Source: a virus
Taxonomy: Duplodnaviria; Caudoviricetes
Virus record (IMG/VR): IMGVR_UViG_3300046171_000163
Coordinates: 1-61,796 of that record
Length of the DNA stretch: 61,796 bases
Reading direction: 5' to 3' (one strand)
Part shown: positions 58,216 through 61,796 of the stretch, piece after piece
Layout of the letters: each line of letters begins with the position of its first letter
Position numbering within the stretch: position 1 is the first letter of the stretch
The notes under the pieces: model-generated
Told to the model about the DNA's origin: nothing
What the model saw: only the letters and a program-made list of their open reading frames with translations
Databases searched by the model: none
Position numbers and translations under genes: made by a program

Positions 58216-58758
58216 ATGAGAGAATCCGACATCATAGCACCACTTGGACTTATGTCTATTATGGGTATGTTGGCTGGAGACAAAAAATCTAATTTGTTGC
58301 AAGAACAAATAGAGGCTTACCAAAAAGAACAAGAGGAAGCAAAGAACAAAAAAGAACAAGAGATTCCTGTTGTTGAAGAAGATGATTCTCCTGAACTAAC
58401 TGTGTCAAATTTATCAAAGTATTTTAAACCAGGAATACAGGACGACAGTCTTAAAGAAACTAGTGACGCATTAAGTTCAGCTTTTAATATTGGACCAGAA
58501 TTATTCGGCTTTAATGTTATGCAATCTCTTTTTCCACAATTAAGTATAGCTGATGCAACTACTAAAGGTGGACTAGAAAACTTAGACGATTTTATTGAGA
58601 TGGATGGTGATCCAATGGGAACAGCTTTATATTTAAGTAAAGGAACAACTATACCTGGACTAGAAAACGAAATTTTTGGCTATAACCAGGGCGGCCTAGT
58701 ACCACCGCTACGCGGACCGATGTCAAGTGGTATAGGTACATTATACAAACTTAAATAA
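58216..58758 (+). CDS. Hypothetical protein
   Basis: Ends YNQGGLVPPLRGPMSSGIGTLY. Confidence 0.5.
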   Translation: MRESDIIAPLGLMSIMGMLAGDKKSNLLQEQIEAYQKEQEEAKNKKEQEIPVVEEDDSPELTVSNLSKYFKPGIQDDSLKETSDALSSAFNIGPELFGFNVMQSLFPQLSIADATTKGGLENLDDFIEMDGDPMGTALYLSKGTTIPGLENEIFGYNQGGLVPPLRGPMSSGIGTLYKLK

Positions 58759-58916
58759 TGAAAAAAGAGAAAAAAATCAGCAAAGTAATGCGTGAATATA
58801 AATCAGGCAAACTTAAATCTGGTAAATCTAATAAAAAAGTGGTAAATAAAAAGCAAGCCATAGCTATCGCGCTCAGCGAAGCAGGTGTAAAAAAGAAAAA
58901 AAGGAGGTCATCATGA
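58758..58916 (+). CDS. Small basic protein, DUF6496-like
   Basis: KI.KVMREYK.GKL.SGKS...V...KQAIAIALSEA. Confidence 0.7.
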   Translation: MKKEKKISKVMREYKSGKLKSGKSNKKVVNKKQAIAIALSEAGVKKKKRRSS

Positions 58917-59029
58917 TCGACGATTTAAAATGGAAAGCCCAAGAATGGTGGAACGGAACCACTAAGAAAACAAAAATTATAATTGCCGTTGGCGTTATAA
59001 TTGTCATCGCGGTAATCATCAACAACTAA
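58913..59029 (+). CDS. Small membrane protein (38 aa)
   Basis: AGGAGG RBS; C-terminal IIIAVGVIIVIAVII. Confidence 0.5.
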   Translation: MIDDLKWKAQEWWNGTTKKTKIIIAVGVIIVIAVIINN

Positions 59030-59439
59030 TGAACCCACTGCTACTTATCAAACCACTTTTAGGTCTTGGAGGAGGATTATTAAATAATCCCGTTGCAAAA
59101 CTCATCACCGAAAAGACCGTTGGCGCAATTTCTCACAAGCTAGAAAAAGATAAAATTATAAAAGCAAAGGAGATAGAAGCGGCTGCAAAAGTGGACGTAG
59201 CAAAGATTGGTGTTCAGATGGAACAGGTGAGACAAACTGCTAATTCATGGAAAGACGAATATTTGGTCGTTTTCTGGAGCCTCATTATTTTGGCACATTT
59301 CACACCTTGGACGCAACCATGGATGGCGGCAGGCTGGGAGATATTAGGCCAAGCAAATGATTATTTTTGGATCATTATTCTTACCATAGTTGGTGGAAGT
59401 TTTGGGGTTACTACTCTTAGTAAGTTTAAAGGCAAATAA
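59029..59439 (+). CDS. Holin-like membrane protein
   Basis: SWKDEY followed by two TM helices and SFG. Confidence 0.55.
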   Translation: MNPLLLIKPLLGLGGGLLNNPVAKLITEKTVGAISHKLEKDKIIKAKEIEAAAKVDVAKIGVQMEQVRQTANSWKDEYLVVFWSLIILAHFTPWTQPWMAAGWEILGQANDYFWIIILTIVGGSFGVTTLSKFKGK

Positions 59440-59579
59440 AAACTTAGGGGGATAAATGGTGGAGGATAAGAAGTGTGCTTGTCACACTGAAGAAAAAGTA
59501 CGTTCGGGGGAATGTTGCAAACAAAAAGCCAACGCTCTCGATGAGTTTTGGCATAACTTAGGAGATAAGAAAAAGAAAT

Positions 59580-59819
59580 ATGTCAGAAGCTATAGACCCA
59601 GTACACGTAGTATACAAGATCCAGAGACTACTTGACGAAATAATGGAAAACAACGCTAACGTCTTAATTGGCGGTGGTGTTGACAATATGGAGAAATATA
59701 ACTATATTCTCGGAAAGATCCACGTTACGGATCAAATTAAACAGGAAATCTCTAACCTGCTACAACCAAAGGAGCCAGAACCAGATGACGAAACGAACAT
59801 CGCACGCCTTAGAAGATAA
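59580..59819 (+). CDS. Conserved hypothetical protein upstream of GroES
   Basis: GGVDNMEKY.Y..G......I.QEISNLL. Confidence 0.6.
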   Translation: MSEAIDPVHVVYKIQRLLDEIMENNANVLIGGGVDNMEKYNYILGKIHVTDQIKQEISNLLQPKEPEPDDETNIARLRR

Positions 59820-60225
59820 ATATAATGCTGAAGCAGATGCAAAAAAGATTGCAAAAAACGAAGCAAAAAAAGAAACTCAAGAAACAAATTTAGATAAGTT
59901 ACCGCATCCTACAGGATGGCGTATACTTGTTATGCCCTTTCAAGTTAAAGAAAAAACTGAAGGTGGAATTATTATTGCACAAGAATCTTTAGACAAAGCA
60001 CGTGTAGCAACGCAAGTTGGATACGTATTAAAGATGGGTGATCTCTGTTACAAGGATGAGGAAAAGTATCCAACAGGACCATGGTGTAAAGAAAAACAAT
60101 GGGTGGTCTTTGCAAGATACGCAGGATCACGTATGCAGATTGATGGTGGTGAGATAAGAATGTTAAACGATGACGAGATACTAGGGACAATAGATGATCC
60201 TGAAGATCTTATTCACGCAATGTAA
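59785..60225 (+). CDS. groES: Co-chaperonin GroES-like
   Basis: P.PTGWRILV.P....KT.GGII, G.V...G...Y, F.RYAG, R..NDDEI.G. Confidence 0.85.
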   Translation: MTKRTSHALEDKYNAEADAKKIAKNEAKKETQETNLDKLPHPTGWRILVMPFQVKEKTEGGIIIAQESLDKARVATQVGYVLKMGDLCYKDEEKYPTGPWCKEKQWVVFARYAGSRMQIDGGEIRMLNDDEILGTIDDPEDLIHAM

Positions 60226-60244
60226 TTCATAGGAGGAATTAACT

Positions 60245-61198
60245 ATGCTAGAAGATAAAATAGATGTCGGTGAAACCGATGAACAAGAAATGGAGATTGA
60301 TCTTGATGCTCCAGAACAATCACTAGAAGAACCAACAGAGGAGATTAAAGTTGAACAAATCGAGGAAACCGATGACACATCTGAGGAACCTAATGAGCAG
60401 CCTGCTGTTCAAGCTGATAAACCCCAAGACGAACTGGGAGAATATTCAGAAGGTGTTAAAAAAAGAATAGCTAAACTTACACGTAAAATGCGTGAAGCTG
60501 AAAGGCAAAAAGAAGAAGCTATTACTTACGCTCAAACTTTAAAACAACAACAAGACAAAATTAGAGGTCAGTACGACAAACTTGGCACTACTTATACTCA
60601 AGAACTAGAAGCAAAAGTAAATAATGGTATGGATGCTGCTAAACTTGCGTACAAGCAAGCAGTAGAGACGCAAGACATAGACGGTCAAATTGCAGCTCAA
60701 CAAGCTATTGCTGAAATGGCTATGGAAGATGCTAGATTAAAACAAATCAAAGCAAACCAAGAACAAAGAGTGCAAGCTGCAGAACAGGTTGTACAACAAC
60801 CAAAAACTGCACCTCAACAACAAGCAGAACCTGATTTTGACCCTAGAGCAGAAAGCTGGGCCCAAAAAAATAGATGGTTTGGTACTGATAATGCAATGAC
60901 TTACACTGCATTTGATATACACAAAGAGCTTGTTGAAAACGAAGGATTTGATCCACAATCAGAAGAATACTATACGGAAGTCGACAAACGAATAAGGGTT
61001 GCATTTCCGCACAAATTTGATACTGTGGAGCAATCTACCACTGCACCAACGCAGAGTGTAGCAAGTGCCCGACGTCCGGCCAGTACAAAAGGACGCAGAA
61101 AAACTGTGAAACTCACACCTTCACAGGTAGCAATTTCTAAAAGATTAGGTGTGCCGCTAGAAGAATATGCGAAACAATTAGCCGCGAAGGAGGTATAA
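60245..61198 (+). CDS. Capsid scaffolding protein
   Basis: Acidic N-terminus, YS..VKKRI.KLT coiled coil, W...N.WFG, LT.SQ.AI.K.LGV.LEEYAK. Confidence 0.7.
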   Translation: MLEDKIDVGETDEQEMEIDLDAPEQSLEEPTEEIKVEQIEETDDTSEEPNEQPAVQADKPQDELGEYSEGVKKRIAKLTRKMREAERQKEEAITYAQTLKQQQDKIRGQYDKLGTTYTQELEAKVNNGMDAAKLAYKQAVETQDIDGQIAAQQAIAEMAMEDARLKQIKANQEQRVQAAEQVVQQPKTAPQQQAEPDFDPRAESWAQKNRWFGTDNAMTYTAFDIHKELVENEGFDPQSEEYYTEVDKRIRVAFPHKFDTVEQSTTAPTQSVASARRPASTKGRRKTVKLTPSQVAISKRLGVPLEEYAKQLAAKEV

Positions 61199-61202
61199 GC
61201 AT

Positions 61203-61664
61203 ATGGAAAAAGATAAAATGAAAACCACTCGCGTGAGTCAATCTAGAGCAAAAACTGAAAAGCCTAAGATTTGGACTCCTCCATCATCACTGGACGCACC
61301 ACCTGCGCCAGACGGATATCGACATAGGTGGATAAGAGCTGAAAGCATGGGGTACGACGATACCACTAACATGTCAGGTAAGCTTAGATCAGGATGGGAG
61401 TTAGTTAGAGCTGACGAATATCCAAATGATAATTATCCTTCTATAGATAACGGCAAATACGCAGGTATGATCGGGGTTGGTGGCCTTGTGCTGGCAAGGA
61501 TATCTGAAGAGCTCGCGCAATCACGTGAAGAGTACTTTAAAAAAGTAACTCAAGATCGAAATGATGCAATTGAAAACGATGTCTTGAAGGAACAGCACCC
61601 AAGTATGCCGATTAATCAAGATCGACAGACTCGTGTAACTTTTGGTGGCTCGAAAAAAGACTAA
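61203..61664 (+). CDS. Conserved head-module protein
   Basis: W.PPS.LDAP..P.GYRHRWIR, GWELV, IGVGGL.L.RI. Confidence 0.6.
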   Translation: MEKDKMKTTRVSQSRAKTEKPKIWTPPSSLDAPPAPDGYRHRWIRAESMGYDDTTNMSGKLRSGWELVRADEYPNDNYPSIDNGKYAGMIGVGGLVLARISEELAQSREEYFKKVTQDRNDAIENDVLKEQHPSMPINQDRQTRVTFGGSKKD

Positions 61665-61714
61665 TCTTTTCTCAACCATCGATTTAACTTTAACCCTTTA
61701 AGGAGGATAACAAT

Positions 61715-61796
61715 ATGGCAAATATAGATGCCCCTTTTGGTTTATCTCCAATTGGAAAAATCGGCGGCGGAACTGATCCGGCAATGAACTCTTATA
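61715..61796 (+). CDS. 5' part of the capsid decoration gene continuing at window start
   Basis: AAGGAGG RBS, MANIDAPFGLSPIGK..., runs off the window end. Confidence 0.65.
   Translation, partial: MANIDAPFGLSPIGKIGGGTDPAMNSY

Noticed and set aside
59456-59635. 59-aa Cys-rich ORF
   Set aside because: Overlaps ORF 59580 by 56 nt and has no recognisable motif; left uncalled.
1-61796. Integrase, tRNA genes, introns or inteins in polA/terL/helicases
   Set aside because: None recognised; core genes are of normal length and uninterrupted. A tRNA scan was not possible.

Overview
The window is an essentially complete, circularly permuted ~61.8 kb genome of a tailed dsDNA phage (AT-rich, podovirus-like). 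Gene content and order resemble marine alphaproteobacterial phages of the HTVC023P/HTVC027P pelagiphage type; this assignment is an inference from gene content, not a search. Modules: head (terL, portal, GroES, scaffold, decoration gene split across the window ends, major capsid); neck, tail and fibres; a large internal-virion/ejection cluster preceded by an HlyC-like acyltransferase; M15 endolysin; replication (SNF2 helicase, SSB, AEP-type primase, UvrD helicase, family A polymerase with Leu762); an accessory block (two 2OG-Fe(II) oxygenases, two tandem desaturases, carbamoyltransferase, sulfotransferase-like); terS; and a minus-strand early region flanked by repeats. I saw no integrase, tRNA, CRISPR array or full ribonucleotide reductase. 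The most notable unexplained signals are: (1) a strand-polarised 9-mer CG[CGT]GGA[CT]CG scattered across the genome; (2) repeated units of a perfect DnaA box plus tandem NrdR-box-like pairs and GGGCCCACCC in the 50.8-53.4 kb non-coding DNA of a phage lacking its own RNR; (3) an HlyC-like acyltransferase heading the ejection cluster; (4) enzyme domains embedded in virion proteins (HAD nucleotidase, HTH+HNH); (5) an orphan fibre-tip gene packaged with oxygenase and desaturase genes. All calls come from motif reading by eye and need computational confirmation.
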